64,000 nucleotides of DNA from Vicugna vicugna (taxonomy: Eukaryota). Both the position numbers and the translations under genes were made by a program. Shown here in pieces: positions 22,865 to 35,480 of this stretch. The notes below the pieces were generated by a model, which was not told the DNA's origin, did not search any database, and worked only from the letters and a program-made list of their open reading frames with translations. How positions within the stretch are numbered: position 1 is the stretch's first letter; every line of letters begins with the position of its first letter. The stretch is from NCBI GenBank assembly GCA_013265495.1, contig MU058139.1, forward strand, positions 248,001 through 312,000, given 5' to 3'.

Positions 22865-23645
22865 TAGACTTTATTTTTTAGGAGAATTTTGGTTTCACAG
22901 CAAAATTGAGTGGAGGGTGGGTTTCCCCTGTACTCCTGTCCCCACCTGGCACTGCCTCGCCCGTTATCAACAACCCCCACTAGAATGGAGCATTTGTTGC
23001 AACTGAGAATCCTGCATTGACCCATCATTATCACCCAAAGCCCATAGGTTACATGAGGGTTCACATCTGATGTTGTACATTCTGTAGGTTTTGATGAATG
23101 CATAATGATGTGTGTTCACCATTATGGTATCACACAGAATAGTTTCACTGCCCTAAACATCTTCTGCATTCTGCTTGTTCACTTCTCCTTCCCCTCCAGC
23201 CCCTGGCAACCACCTATCATTTTACTGTCTTCCTAGTTCTGCCTTTTCCAGGATGTCAGATAGTCAGAATGATACAATGTGTAGCTTTTTCAGACTGGTT
23301 TCTTTCACTGATTGGGATGCATGTCTATTTCCTGCAGGTGTTTTTGTGCCTTGACAGCTCATTTATTGTTAGTGTTGAGTAATGTCCCAGAGTCTGGATG
23401 CACCACAGTTTGTCTAGTTCAGGTACTGAAGATCATCTTGGTTGCTTCCAAGTTCTATAAGGCTGCTATAAACATTGTGTGAAGGTTTTTGCGTAAAAAA
23501 ACCCCTACTATATATATATACATATATATATATATATTTAATTTTTATTGAAGTACAGTCAATTACAATGTGTCAATTTCTGATGCACAGCACAATGTTC
23601 CAGTGATGCATATATATATACATATATTCGTTTTCGTATTTTTTT
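22865..23645 (-). mobile_element. Older L1 (L1MB-like) 3' region plus a younger L1 3' tip at about 23530-23645
   Basis: ttttggtttcacagcaaaattgagtggag...cccaaagcccataggttacatgagggttcac...ttggttgcttccaagtt. Confidence 0.8.
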
Positions 23646-24128
23646 TTCTTACAGTCTCTCATACAAAGGGAAGGATTTTTTAGTGCTTAGAATTCCACAT
23701 GTTAGGTCTGAAAGGACTTAGAAATAAGTCCTTAGGAGATACAAGGAAACAGAAGACCAAGAGACAAAGTGTTGACTGTTCCCACAGTCCATTGTGCTTC
23801 CTCTTAGGAAATTCTTACCTAAATATAATGAAGAAAATCTAAGAATTAGAATGACATTTTGAAAATACTACCAAACGTCTGATGTGGTGAGAATAAGGGC
23901 TGAGAATTATTGCACCAAATAACATAATCAATTTTTTAAATAAATTTAATAAGCCATAGTCATGACTTCTTCTCGTTGTTTTATAACTGCTTTGTCATAA
24001 CTTTATTGTGACTTTATAATTTTTCTCATAAGTTGAGCATTGTACGTTTTCAGTTATCTTTTGCATAGTTTGATCTTTGACGTTTTCCCGGACGCTGCTG
24101 CCTTGACGGAGCCTTGCTGTTTTCACAG

Positions 24129-24310
24129 GCTGTGGCGGAGAGCTGTCTGGGGACACGGGCTCCTTCAGCAGTCCCGGGTACCCTGACCCCTACCCTGCCA
24201 ACAAGGAGTGCATCTGGTACATTAACACAGTTCCTGGGAGCAGCATTCAGCTCACCATCCACGATTTTGATGTGGAATATCACACAAGCTGCAACTTTGA
24301 TGTCCTGGAG
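24129..24310 (+). CDS. CUBN: Cubilin internal exon (exon 29 equivalent), N-terminal half of CUB9
   Basis: tttcacag|GC TGT GGC...CTG GAG|gtaggc; 182 bp; [60 protein letters not shown]; phase 1 joins the previous exon. Confidence 0.97.
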
Positions 24311-27300
24311 GTAGGCATTTAGATTGTTTTCAGCATGTTAGAGGATTTTGAGTAGAACTGGAAATCATTCTGCAAAAAAAAATCCCTGAATTCTTTCCCA
24401 TGGCCAGCAGTGTTCTATTCCTAGTCATTTTGATGAGTATCAGCTCTTCGTGAAGGATGCTTGTAGACAAATGGGGTTAATATCTCAGTTTGGGTTTCTC
24501 TAAAAGCAGAGCTGAAGGACTTGGTGGCAGATGGTATACCTAAGAGCTGGTGCCAGGAGGCAGGAATGAGGCAACTGTGGCAGGGAGGGTGAAGGAAGAA
24601 GAGCCAATGAGGGAGCCCCCCATGGGCTGAACCCTGCGGTGACCCTCTGAGGTCCCCTGAGTTCTGCTCATCAGAATCATCCCTCTGAGGAGGCAAGGCT
24701 GAGCCCTGGTCTCCTCACTTCCGTTCCCACTGACGGAGTGTGCCTCCTGGGATAGTCAACACCCCATGCTTCCAGTCTGAGAAAGCTCCCTTAGGAAAGT
24801 CAGTGGGATGCAGAGTTTAGAGAAGAGACGGGTGCTTGGGGCAGGACACGGCCATGGGCAGAGGAAGTGCCCACCCCTTTTCTAACACTGCTGTAAACTA
24901 TTTATCTGGGATCAGTAGGGCAGCCTTGAGAATGCATTGTAATCAGCCGTTGTTGCCGGAATCTAGTCATTAGATGACTTCCAAGCACACACAAAGCTCC
25001 TGCCACCTCAGCTGTAGGGACCGCCCCAGCACATCCTGACAAGGTTCTGTTTCTAGTAGAACTTAAACCCCATGAAGCCTGGGTATGTGTCTGTTTTTGT
25101 TTCATTTCATTTCAGTGCTTATACCCCCCAGGGCCATACAGCGCTTGGCAAATAGTAAACACTTAGTATATATTTGTGGAATAAATGAAGGTGCCCAATT
25201 CTCTGACTGATGCACCATGATAATGTGCATTGATGGTGTCTTGCCAAGGCATTTCAACATCCATTTTCCCATTTGAATGTTAATGAATCCTCTGAGGTAA
25301 GAGGGGAATTTTGCCCCCATTTTGCTGTTGTCAAAACAGAGGCTTAAAATGCCTGATGGGTTTTTCCACGACCCTAAGGATGGTTAGTGGAAGAGCTAAG
25401 AACTAAATCCATCCCCTGGCACACACTCCATGTAAGTCAGTGCCAAAAGAAAGAGGTGGGTGGTGAGCAAGGTTTTGAAATGAGTGGCTTGTATTTTACA
25501 GAAAACTTTACCACTTAAACTCTTTATTTAATTACAAAACAAGTTCTCTCCTTGAAGAGACATGGGGTTCTCAAATCACACCCTCCCCGGGTGGACGCAG
25601 GGTCACTCAGAGTCGCATTTAGCAGCTCTAGTCTCTGCCAAGGAGGACGATGTATGCTGCGTTAAGTCAAGTCAGGGACAGAGTCGGGAATCCTGGGGTC
25701 AGAACCCATACCCTTGTCTTCATGGCAGTCCTCAACCCCAGTCGTGACTCCATCTCAGGGGAGGACCGGTTCCTTAGGAGGAGAGAAAGAGATGGCTCCC
25801 GAAACCCACACGCAGGGCGTGAAGGCGACATCACACTCCCATGCGCAGCGTTCACGTGCTCTCTCCCGCTGGCAAGATTTCTCAGTCGCACTTACAAAGC
25901 GCTGGCAGCAGACTTTTCCACAATAATGTGAAATGGTCCTCGCCCTCCATTTTCATATTCCAAAGCGCCTGCGACTACTGCCCACTTGGCAAAATGTAAA
26001 AAAGCTTCATTGTGCTTTGGTTTTGTCACACCCATTACGTGAGAAAGCCAAGAGCGGGGCTGTTTCCTGCGAGCAGCCTCAGAGACAGAAGAGGGACAGA
26101 ACCAGGTCTCCAGGCAGCAGCCTTCAAACAGGGCCCTGCAGGGAAAGAAAGGACTTGTGCGAAGAGGCTGCAGTCTGCACGGGGCTTGTTTTCATTAGGG
26201 TAAAGTGGTCTCCTGTGTTCCTTCAGAACCAGGGTTTGAGGATTATGAGGCCCTTAAATATTTGGGGAAAGGTTTTTTTTGAGGCTGAAGTGAGTCACCC
26301 CTTAACTTCTCCCCTCAAACCTGTTTGACATCTCTGCAAACACTCCAGAAAGTGCTGTAGTCAATTTGGGATAATGAGGATAGAATGAGTTTTTTCTGTC
26401 TCTCATATCATAGGTGCTGATAACATGTTAGCAACAGGTTTTAAAAGATTTTACCCCTGGTGGGTGTGTGGCCTAGAACCTTTGCTGGCTCGCTCCACCC
26501 GTGCGCCCTCCGCCTGCCCACCGTCCCGCCCTGCTCTGCAGAGCGGCCGAGCAGGACCTCACTGTCACTAGGTATGGGGCTCCCTAGGCTTCACTAAACT
26601 TAACCAACAGCCAATATATTTTTCCCTCAAAAATCAGTGTCCCGAGAGTGGCCCACTGCATTAAGCAACAGCCGTTGGGTTACTCATAACCCTGGAATGC
26701 TGACTTGATTAGAACAATAAATGGAGCTAACAGAGCAGAAGGAAATGCTCAAAACAGATTAAAACCATAGGCTTTGAAATGGTCTATATCCTGAGCGTTT
26801 GCTAAAAACACATTTTTTAATCTCCGATCATCAAACCATCCTTCCCCTCCCAAAGTTGAGTCATACGCTGTTGTCCAGTGAACCACACCCTGAGATTCTT
26901 TCCATCTTTTTCCTTTTCTGAAGAGTCACGTGTGACCTCTTGGTTTTATCTGTGGAAGCCAAAAGTACCATGCTATTGTTTCAGCCAGAGAAACACTGGT
27001 TGATTTTCCTTCGATCTCTGGGAACGAAGCCTGAGCCGGCTTAGAGCAGAGAAGGTTTATTCCTCGGCGGAATAAACCAAGACAGACGCCTGGTGTGGGC
27101 TGTTACTGCCCACTGTTCTCTGCTCCGCTGTCTTTTGCCAGCCCAGTTCAGGAAGTGGGGAAGCAAAGATTTCAAAAGCAACAGTGTTTATCCTGCTGGG
27201 GGCTTCTAGTTCTGGCCAACTCATACATGTTACATTTGTGATCTCAAGGGACCCTGGGGTGGGGGTGGGGGACGACGGACAAAGACTCTTTTGCTGATGT

Positions 27301-28968
27301 GCAAGTTTTCTTTGTTAGAACTAAATCCTTGTGCTCAGTGTTCTCTCCAAATCTGAGCTGCCTGTTGGGCTGATGGTGAGGAGCGCGTGCTGACAGTTCA
27401 GGCTCTGAGCGCTGCGCCCGGGACCGGGCAGCAGGGGAATTGGACACTGGGCGAGACCACTCGAAACCAGCAGCAGTCTGCTTTCTCCCACGTGCGTGTG
27501 TGTCCGTGTAAAGGGCCACACAGGGCTCTTTCTCCGGTCCTGCCTTTGATGGGACTTAGGGGGCCACACAAACATAGCTTCTCCTGATGAAAATAAGCAT
27601 GAAGCGGTTGGCTTGCTTCATTCCTTTGCAATGACAGCCCTTGTGCCTGGGCCTCCCCTCCGTGGAACAGCAGTTTCATTCATTTTGGCCTTTCTTGCAT
27701 GGCTGGGGGCAGTGAGTCAGACAAAGGCTTCATTATGGATTCAGATCACACACTCTTCACCAGAAAGAGGCTGCTGGTTCTCTCTCTCCCCAGAGGACAC
27801 TCAGGTGGTTCCCCTGTGGTCCGCAGCTGCCCTCGGGGTGGGCAGGGGCCGGAGATGTGTGTGCAGAGGTGGGCGCACACATCTCACTGAGCCGTGCTTT
27901 CCTGGTTCCGGTTCCAACCTGAGTGTGGATTTAAGTGCACATACCAGTGGGGGAGGGTGAAGGGCCCAGATACCAGCACGCCTGGACTTTCTTCTACAAA
28001 CTCTAGTTTGGCAAGATTGAAGAGGGGGATGGGGGTCCATATCTTCCGTTTAATTCTTATCTTCACCTTCCCCCCTTGGTTATCCAAAGGGCCAATGAGA
28101 ACCTGTGTTTAGCATCCCGGAGGCCCCCCTGGGCTGGGCTAGGCCTGCCCACAAGACGCTGGACATGAGAACCAGGGGACAGTTGCCAGGAGGAATGTGT
28201 CACTGGGATGTAGGATCTGGTCAGACGAATAGCTGCAAACTGGAGGGGACTTAGGAGATCTGAGAGTGGGTGAGATAGATCTGGCCAGGCAGAGTTCACG
28301 GCGATTCCTGAGTGGAAGCTGGATGGTCTTGGTCCTGTTCCTGTAGGGGCGCAGCTGAGAGTAGGTGCAGGGGGGATCTGCAACCCTCTCCTTAGGGTGC
28401 CACAGAGCACGCTGATAGAGGTTGCATTCTCTCCGATGGAGGGCAAGCATCCTGGTAAATGTCTAACCTTATAAACTATTCAGCTTGCAAGGTAGAAATT
28501 CCTCAAAATGTAACAGGGCGACTGATAGCCTTCAGTGAACTTGACTTTCACAAACCAAACGGCCCTGTGCTGGGACTCTGCCTGTGTGCCCAGATGAGCT
28601 AGAAAATCAGACTTGATACTGTGTTATCTGCAGTGCCTCTGCCAAAGAAAGCAGGAAATCCAATGAAGGCATGAGAAAGAGGAAGAGGGGAGATAAGGAA
28701 GATTCTGGAATAAGCCCTTCAGTTCAGCTCTACGGTTCTGGCTAATGGAACAAGCAGGCATTTCGTGGGTGGTTGAACTTGTGTGTTCCTAAGGCAGAGG
28801 GAGTGCCTTTGAAAATTCTGCTTAGGGTTACAGTTCATCCCCACCCAGGGAGGCTGAGACTTCAGTCTCTAAGGGTAACAGACTCCAGAGGCTGGTGATA
28901 ACAGGGTGTCAGGGGAAGGGCTGTAATTGCTTAAATATCTAAGTTCCTTTTTCTACATCTCATCGTAG

Positions 28969-29143
28969 ATTTACGGAGGCCCTGACTTCCACTCCCCCAG
29001 GATAGCCCAGCTGTGTGTGCAGAGATCATCTGAGAACCCCATGCAGGTCTCCAGCACCGGCAGCGAGCTGGCAATCCGATTTAAGACCGACAGCTCCGTA
29101 AATGGGAGAGGCTTCAACGTCTCATGGAGAGCAGTTCCTGGAG
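28969..29143 (+). CDS. CUBN: Cubilin internal exon (exon 30 equivalent), C-terminal half of CUB9
   Basis: catcgtag|ATT TAC GGA...GGA G|gtgggt; 175 bp; [58 protein letters not shown](G). Confidence 0.97.
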
Positions 29144-29664
29144 GTGGGTGGACCCGGGAGGTATCTCAAAACACTCCAGCCGAGCCCTTGTTAAATTTCA
29201 TAAAGTGTTTGGAGAGTGGTATGAAGGCCACATCCTGCCAACTCTGTGACCTCCCTAATGGCGCATTCTGCTTTGGCACACACTCTTCCCCCCAAACAGG
29301 ATAGTTTAACTTCCAAAGACTCACCTTGTATGTGAAAACCAGCCCGCGCAAGCCCGCACGCCCATGCTGAAAGCAGAAGCAGGGTGGTTGGTTAGACTCA
29401 TTCTCCAAGGCACCTCTGTCTGTTCGCCAGCATCAAATCTGGGCATCAGCAAAGTGGTAACGGCTTCATGCCATACTATACACATTTGGCTGCTTGGCAA
29501 ATACTGCAAATGTTAAATCTGCGAGGAATTATTATCCTTTGTCATAAAGTGACTTTCTGCCCACCATCTTAGGCTGTCAAAATAAATCACTTGTTGCAGA
29601 TTTTGAAAATAATATATTCATGCACAAAATCTTTTAGCAATGTCCATCTCTACAACTACTCATG

Positions 29665-29900
29665 ATCACTATGTTTATTGAATGCTAACCGTGTGTCAGG
29701 TACTTTTCAAACTCTTCTACAAGGACTGTCTCATTTAATCCTCACAACAGCCCTATGAGGGAAGTTTATTTCATATCCTCATCTTACTAGTGAGGAAATT
29801 GGGGCCTAGAGAAGTTAGTGACCTGTCCAAAGTCACACAGCTAGAAAATGCCAAAGCAAAGATGTGACTCCAGGCTGCCTATGGCCTTGCTTCTACAGCT
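29665..29900 (+). mobile_element. MIR SINE
   Basis: tctcatttaatcctcacaacagccctatgagg...gaggaaattggggcctagagaagttagtgacctgtccaaagtcacacagcta. Confidence 0.85.
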
Positions 29901-30559
29901 CAAAGGTAATATTGTACGCATATTACATCTTTCCTAAAGTTAATGACATGAATTTAATTAAATTACATATAGTGTTTAACCCAAAATGGTTTTTGATGAC
30001 CAGAAAACAATACTGAATTTTCCTATTGTTGGTTTATATTATCATAAATCTAAGAAATGATGGATCATAGAGCTAGACATCTAGTGATACTTTATTACAT
30101 CAAAGGAATACAAAAACAGAATGACTGTACCGAGTGCAGAATATTCCATTTTAAAAGGTAGATATTAAATTATTTATAAAAGCATTCAGTACTTAATTAT
30201 CAACATTCTTAGAAGGAGATAAGTTATTCTTACAGTATGTTACTGTTTTAGAGAACAATGAAGAGAAATTTCATGGCTCTATGAAAACAAGATTTCATTT
30301 GCATTATCTTTCAGTATTATAAGAATAACTTTGGGCTTTCATATTTAAAGTATTTGAAGTCTTTTCTTAGGCATCCTTCTCTGTTTTGTTGGAATGTGTA
30401 AATTAATGGTGGACATCAGTCCTCCAGAATGTTTGGCACGGACTACATAAAAATGGTGACCAAACAAAGTAGCATACTGTTTTATGCCATCAGATAATGG
30501 TGTAAAATTTTGTGCACCAGAGATTCCTCTCATGACTGAATTGGGTCTCCCATCTACAG

Positions 30560-30729
30560 GTTGTGGTGGCGTTTTCCAGGCTCCCAGTGGAGAGATTCAT
30601 TCTCCAAATTACCCCAGTCCTTACAGGAGCAACACTGAATGTACCTGGGTCATTCAGGTGGAAAAACATCACCGTGTCCTGTTGAACTTCACTGACTTTG
30701 ACCTTGAACCTCAGGACTCTTGTGTTATG
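30560..30729 (+). CDS. CUBN: Cubilin internal exon (exon 31 equivalent), N-terminal half of CUB10
   Basis: ctacag|GT TGT GGT...GTT ATG|gtaagt; 170 bp; [56 protein letters not shown]. Confidence 0.97.
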
Positions 30730-32329
30730 GTAAGTTACACAAATCTCATGCATTGTCTCCAGTCAAAGTTGGGTCAAAACATTGCCATGAGAACATGTGT
30801 AGTGACTGTATTAGTTATGACTGTTTTTGACATCAAATCATAGGAAACTCAACTATTAGCAACTTAGAAAATAAGGACTTTTTTTTTTTAACCTAAATAC
30901 AAACCAGGACGTAGATAATCTCAGTGTTAGTTTAGCAGTTCAGTCTCTGCTGTACCATTCTTAGTGAACTGGCTCTTCCTTTTGGGTTTGTTACTTCATG
31001 GTCATAAAATGGCTGCAGCACTTCTGAACATCCTAGGTTTGTATCTGAAGAAGCGGAGAAGGGATAGTGTTAGTTGTTTCTATTTTGTGTTTTTTTTAAT
31101 CAAGAAAGCAGAATTTTTACAAAAGTCCCCTTATTGGCCAGAATTGGCTGTAAGAGAGATTAGGAAATTATAGTGGATTATAATAATGGATTTACCATAA
31201 CCACTTTAAATCAATTATTATTAAGTCTCTGGGGGTCCTCACAGGGTTCTACTTTTCTTGCAATCAGTATATCTTGATCTGCTACTTGAATGAATCAGTG
31301 TCTGATAAGAAAGAATAGATGAGAAGTGAGGGGTGGAGGAGAAAGGATAATGGCTATTGGTTCGATGACAAAAATTTCTATTGCTCTCAACAACTTAATA
31401 CGTTCTCCCCTGAAACTAATGCTTTATGCTTAATGTGAGAGTGAATGAGGCTGTATTTTGAAATTTTTTTTTGTTTTTAATTTAATTTTTTTACTCACTT
31501 GATTTTTTAATTAAACAAAAGTTTTTCCATCTTTCATTTATATTTAGAGACATTTCATTAAAATATAAACCAGGTTCTCTTGGCTAATGGATCTTTCTAT
31601 TTTAGTTTCCTGACACTTTCTTACACAAATCCCAACTGGCTAGCTTTCAAATTTAACTCGAGAAAATTCAAAAGTTGTTTCATAATTTTCAAAGCAGTCC
31701 AGTCTAAAGGTATGATTTCAAGTATTATTTTTCAAGATTAAATCATTACAATTTATTAATCATTGATTTATGAGTGTATTAACCTTTTAAAATGAGTCAT
31801 CAGAGTCTAAATTGGCAAAGCATTATACAATCTTAAGGTGTAGGACATCTACTTTCCATAGTTGTAACTCCTGACTAAGACGATTTTAAAATTTTGGATG
31901 ATATTTTAAGACATCTCCCTAAATGCAACAAAGAACTCGCAAAATTAAATTTCTGATTTAAAGAGATGTGAGCCTAGTATTTGGGACTGCTTTTGCCCCT
32001 GGGGCATTTGCTGATGCAGAAGGAGTTAGCAGCACTTCTGAGAGCCTTTCAGGGGAAAGAAGAGCAAAGTTTGAGTCCAGGACCTGAATAGGATGGAAGT
32101 CCTGGTAAACTATCCTGAACCCTAGGTGAAATGAAAGTAAGCCAGCCTCACAGAGACTGCATCCCAGGTTCAAGTCATCTCAGTGCTCTCCCCGTCCAAA
32201 TCTCAAGCCATAGAACGGTGAGGGGAACCCTGTACTGCTGATGCATCTAGGCTTTGGACAGCTAGCAGAAGCAATTTAAACTCTTCTTCAAAGAGAGAGA
32301 AAATCACTCAAGGCCACATTTCTACCAAT

Positions 32330-33230
32330 AATTTTCATACGCAATATCAAGCACACTATCAAAGATATTCATATATATGAGGAGACGATGCAACATAAAT
32401 GAGATACAACATGAATAACAGACCATGAAAATAACACACTAATATGCCAGCTGCTAAAATTACCAGGCACAGGTTAGCAGACAGCTATAGTTACTAAGCT
32501 TATGGAGATAAAAGTCAAACCTAAAACTTTCAGCAAGGACTACAAATCATAAAAAGTGACATTGTAAATATTAAAAAAAAAACCACCCTGAATTTATAAA
32601 ACTGGATAAATACACAAGCTGAAATTAAGATCTCAGTGGAAGGGTTTTGTTTTTGTTTTGGGCATATTAGACAAATTAGACAGAGGTGAAGAGAGAATGA
32701 GTGAACTGGAGGGTGTCAAAAGAATCTATCTGGAAAAAAAAAACTCATGTAAAATCAAAAGGATGAAAAACACAGAAGAGAGGTTAAGACACATAGAGGT
32801 CACATATAAAAGTTGTAACATAAACTTACTGGAATCCCAAGAGGAAAAAAGATAAATGGAGCAGAAGCAATATTTAAGGAGCTAATGACTAAGACTTTTC
32901 CAAAACTGATGAAAGACATCAATCTATAAAAACAAGAATCCCAAGGAACCCAAACAGCTAAGCAGGATAAAGAGAAAGATACACTTATCTAAGATAGCTG
33001 AAGATAAATAAAGAAATGTTACAGTCAGCCAGGGAAGTAGGTGAGCAAGGGAACAAACTGTCTTTTAGGAAGTGGCAAGCTGAACGCTGACTTTTCAACA
33101 GTGATCGTTGGAAGGAAAAAAGGACAGTAAGATAGCCCCTCAAATTTGAAGCAAGGCAATAACTATCAATCAGGAACTCTGCACTCTCCTAAAACAGCCT
33201 TTAAACATGAAGTTGAAATAAAGCATTGAA
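32330..33230 (+). mobile_element. Ancient L1 ORF1 remnant
   Basis: ORF 32658-32855 (LDRGEERMSELE...TEERLRHIE...NINLLESQEE) is L1 ORF1p coiled-coil-like; followed by gaagcaatatttaaggagctaatgact...ttttccaaaactgatgaaagacatcaa. Confidence 0.75.
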
Positions 33231-33849
33231 GCAGCAGAGGTGCCTTCAAGAAAGGGCGAATGGGCCAGAGACAACTTGTCCAATAGTTTTGCCTGTCGTT
33301 GGCATCTGTCCATCACTTGCTCCCTCCCCCAGCCTCTATGATTCCAGGTAAAGTTTCTTTTCTTTGGTGAATTCCATAATCCATCAAATTCAGCATACAA
33401 AGGTGTGTGAACAAAACAAAGCTAGGTGAAAGGCACACCCAGTACGGCTGCATTATTTCCTGCCAGTGGTCATCAGTAGGATTTTCCACCTACGTGAGAT
33501 ATAAATACACAGCCCAGGTTTTCTAGTCACCGCTGCCGTATCTCAACACGCAGCTTGGCTTAACTTCACAAGCTGTAGCAAGGGGCATCAGACAAGAGGA
33601 AGCGAAACCTCAAATGTGATCTGGTCATAGGCATGGAGATAAAAAATTAACCCCCATACAGGTCTGGCAGATGTGGTAAAAGACAAAAGATTATATAGTC
33701 CAGGCAGGTTGTCAGGATCGAGGAATCTTGTATGAAGTAATTGGGGGGTCTCCACACCAGGGGGGAGGTGGAGTATCAGAAGCAGAAGTTGCTAAGAACT
33801 CGAGCAACACATTGATGTAAAACCTGAGCTATACCAGCAATGTAGGACA

Positions 33850-34090
33850 CCACAGTGCGTGGTTAAGAGGTGTCACTCTGTGGTGGGGTGGTCCTAAATT
33901 TTGCCATTTTCTAGCTGTGTCACCTGGGAGAAAACTACTCTTTCAGCTTTAGTTTCCTTAGCTATGAAATGGGGGTGGTCAGAGTGTCTGTGTCATATTT
34001 GTTATTGGACATCTGAGATCATACAGGTGATCTGCTGTTCACATGGAAGGTCCTCCATTCATGCTGGTTGTAGTCATAATGATGCTGACA
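33850..34090 (-). mobile_element. MIR SINE
   Basis: gtggttaagag...ctagctgtgtcacctggg...tagtttccttagctatgaaatgggg. Confidence 0.65.
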
Positions 34091-34299
34091 GTGAGCCCAC
34101 TGGCGGAGGCAGGTTCCAGGGGCAGTGAAAGAGGGAGGTGGCGTGGACCACTTGCAGGAGCAGCAGGCTTAGGGGCCAAGGTCAAGGCTTCCCACCTGTG
34201 ATCCTGGACCTCCAGGTCTTCAGTTTAAAAAGACCCTAATTATGAACCTTTCTCCTAGCACACCCTGGAGCATTTCGTGTACATAGGACTCAATAAACC

Positions 34300-35480
34300 G
34301 TAACAATAATTATGAGGAAACAGGAATGATTCATTTGGGCCTGGAAGCTGGGGAAGGCTTCACCCTGAAGATGACATTTAAGTGGCAGAATTTCACTAGT
34401 AGGAATGTGGTAGAGAGGCCAGGAGAGGAGGCTTTGGGGAAAGGATAGGGTAACTTGTGCCCACAGGTATGAACGTGCACAGACATTTGGGAAGAGGAAA
34501 GGAGATTGTTGTCCCTGGAATGTATGTGTGTGTGTGTTGGGGAGCTTGTGGGGACCAAGGGTCTATGGAAAAATTCCAGGTTGGACAAACTCTTTTATGC
34601 TCTGTGGAAGTTTTCTGTAACATACTCAAAGCTATATCTGACAATAATAGCAGGCAGCCAAGTGAGGATAGGGTTGGCAGAAGAAGAAAAAGATGGTCTT
34701 AAAGCTGTTTGGGAAGCTATAGAAAGACCTTGGGCAGTGGCCTTGGGAGTGGAGAAAAAGGACATACCAAAAAACCCTTATGTTGGTGTAGCCACTTGGA
34801 GGCTAATTACATGGTGGAGGGTGGGGCGGGTGATACAGGTGAAGAGTTAAGACTCTTTGCTTGAAGAATGGGTGACTAATAATGCAAGTGAGTAAAGGAA
34901 TAGACTACGGAGTTTGATTTGGAAACTTGAGTTGAAAGGTCTACACAGTGTTCCTTACAGAGTTTGACAGAGGGGATCAGTGCATGGGGTCTGAGCTGGA
35001 CAGATCCATTTGAGAATAATGTCTGTAGTCTGTATATTTGACTGGTCGTTCAAAGCACAGAATTGGATGTGATCACATAGTGGAGTATTTTGTAAAGAGA
35101 AAATGGCCAAGTAAACTCTTAGGAAACCCCACCCTTTGGGGGAAGAGGGAGAAACAAAGGGAAAGGAGACTTAGAATGAGTACTCGAGGAGCTGGTGGAG
35201 AAGCAGAAGACAGTGGTAGCAAGAAGCCAAGAGGAAAGTCAATTTTAAGAGTGGGTGAGCGAAGGTATCAAATCCAGCGGAGGACCACTAGGATGAGGTT
35301 GGAACAAAGCCACCGGGGTCAGTCTTTGATGACCTTGTAAGGAGTAGGATTGGTGTGGGTGGTAGTGGGAACCCCCTCATCACAATGGGTTTAGGAGATG
35401 CAGGGGCTTCTTAGCTTTCCCCCAGAATTAAAGAAGTGAATGGTATCCTGGGATAAAGGGTTATAGCCTATGGTAAGGCA
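34300..35480. mobile_element. Degenerate L2-like LINE fragments
   Basis: Purine-rich L2-like motifs (ggaaggcttcaccctgaagatgacattta; ggagtttgatttggaaacttgagttga; ctttgatgaccttg); boundaries approximate. Confidence 0.45.
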
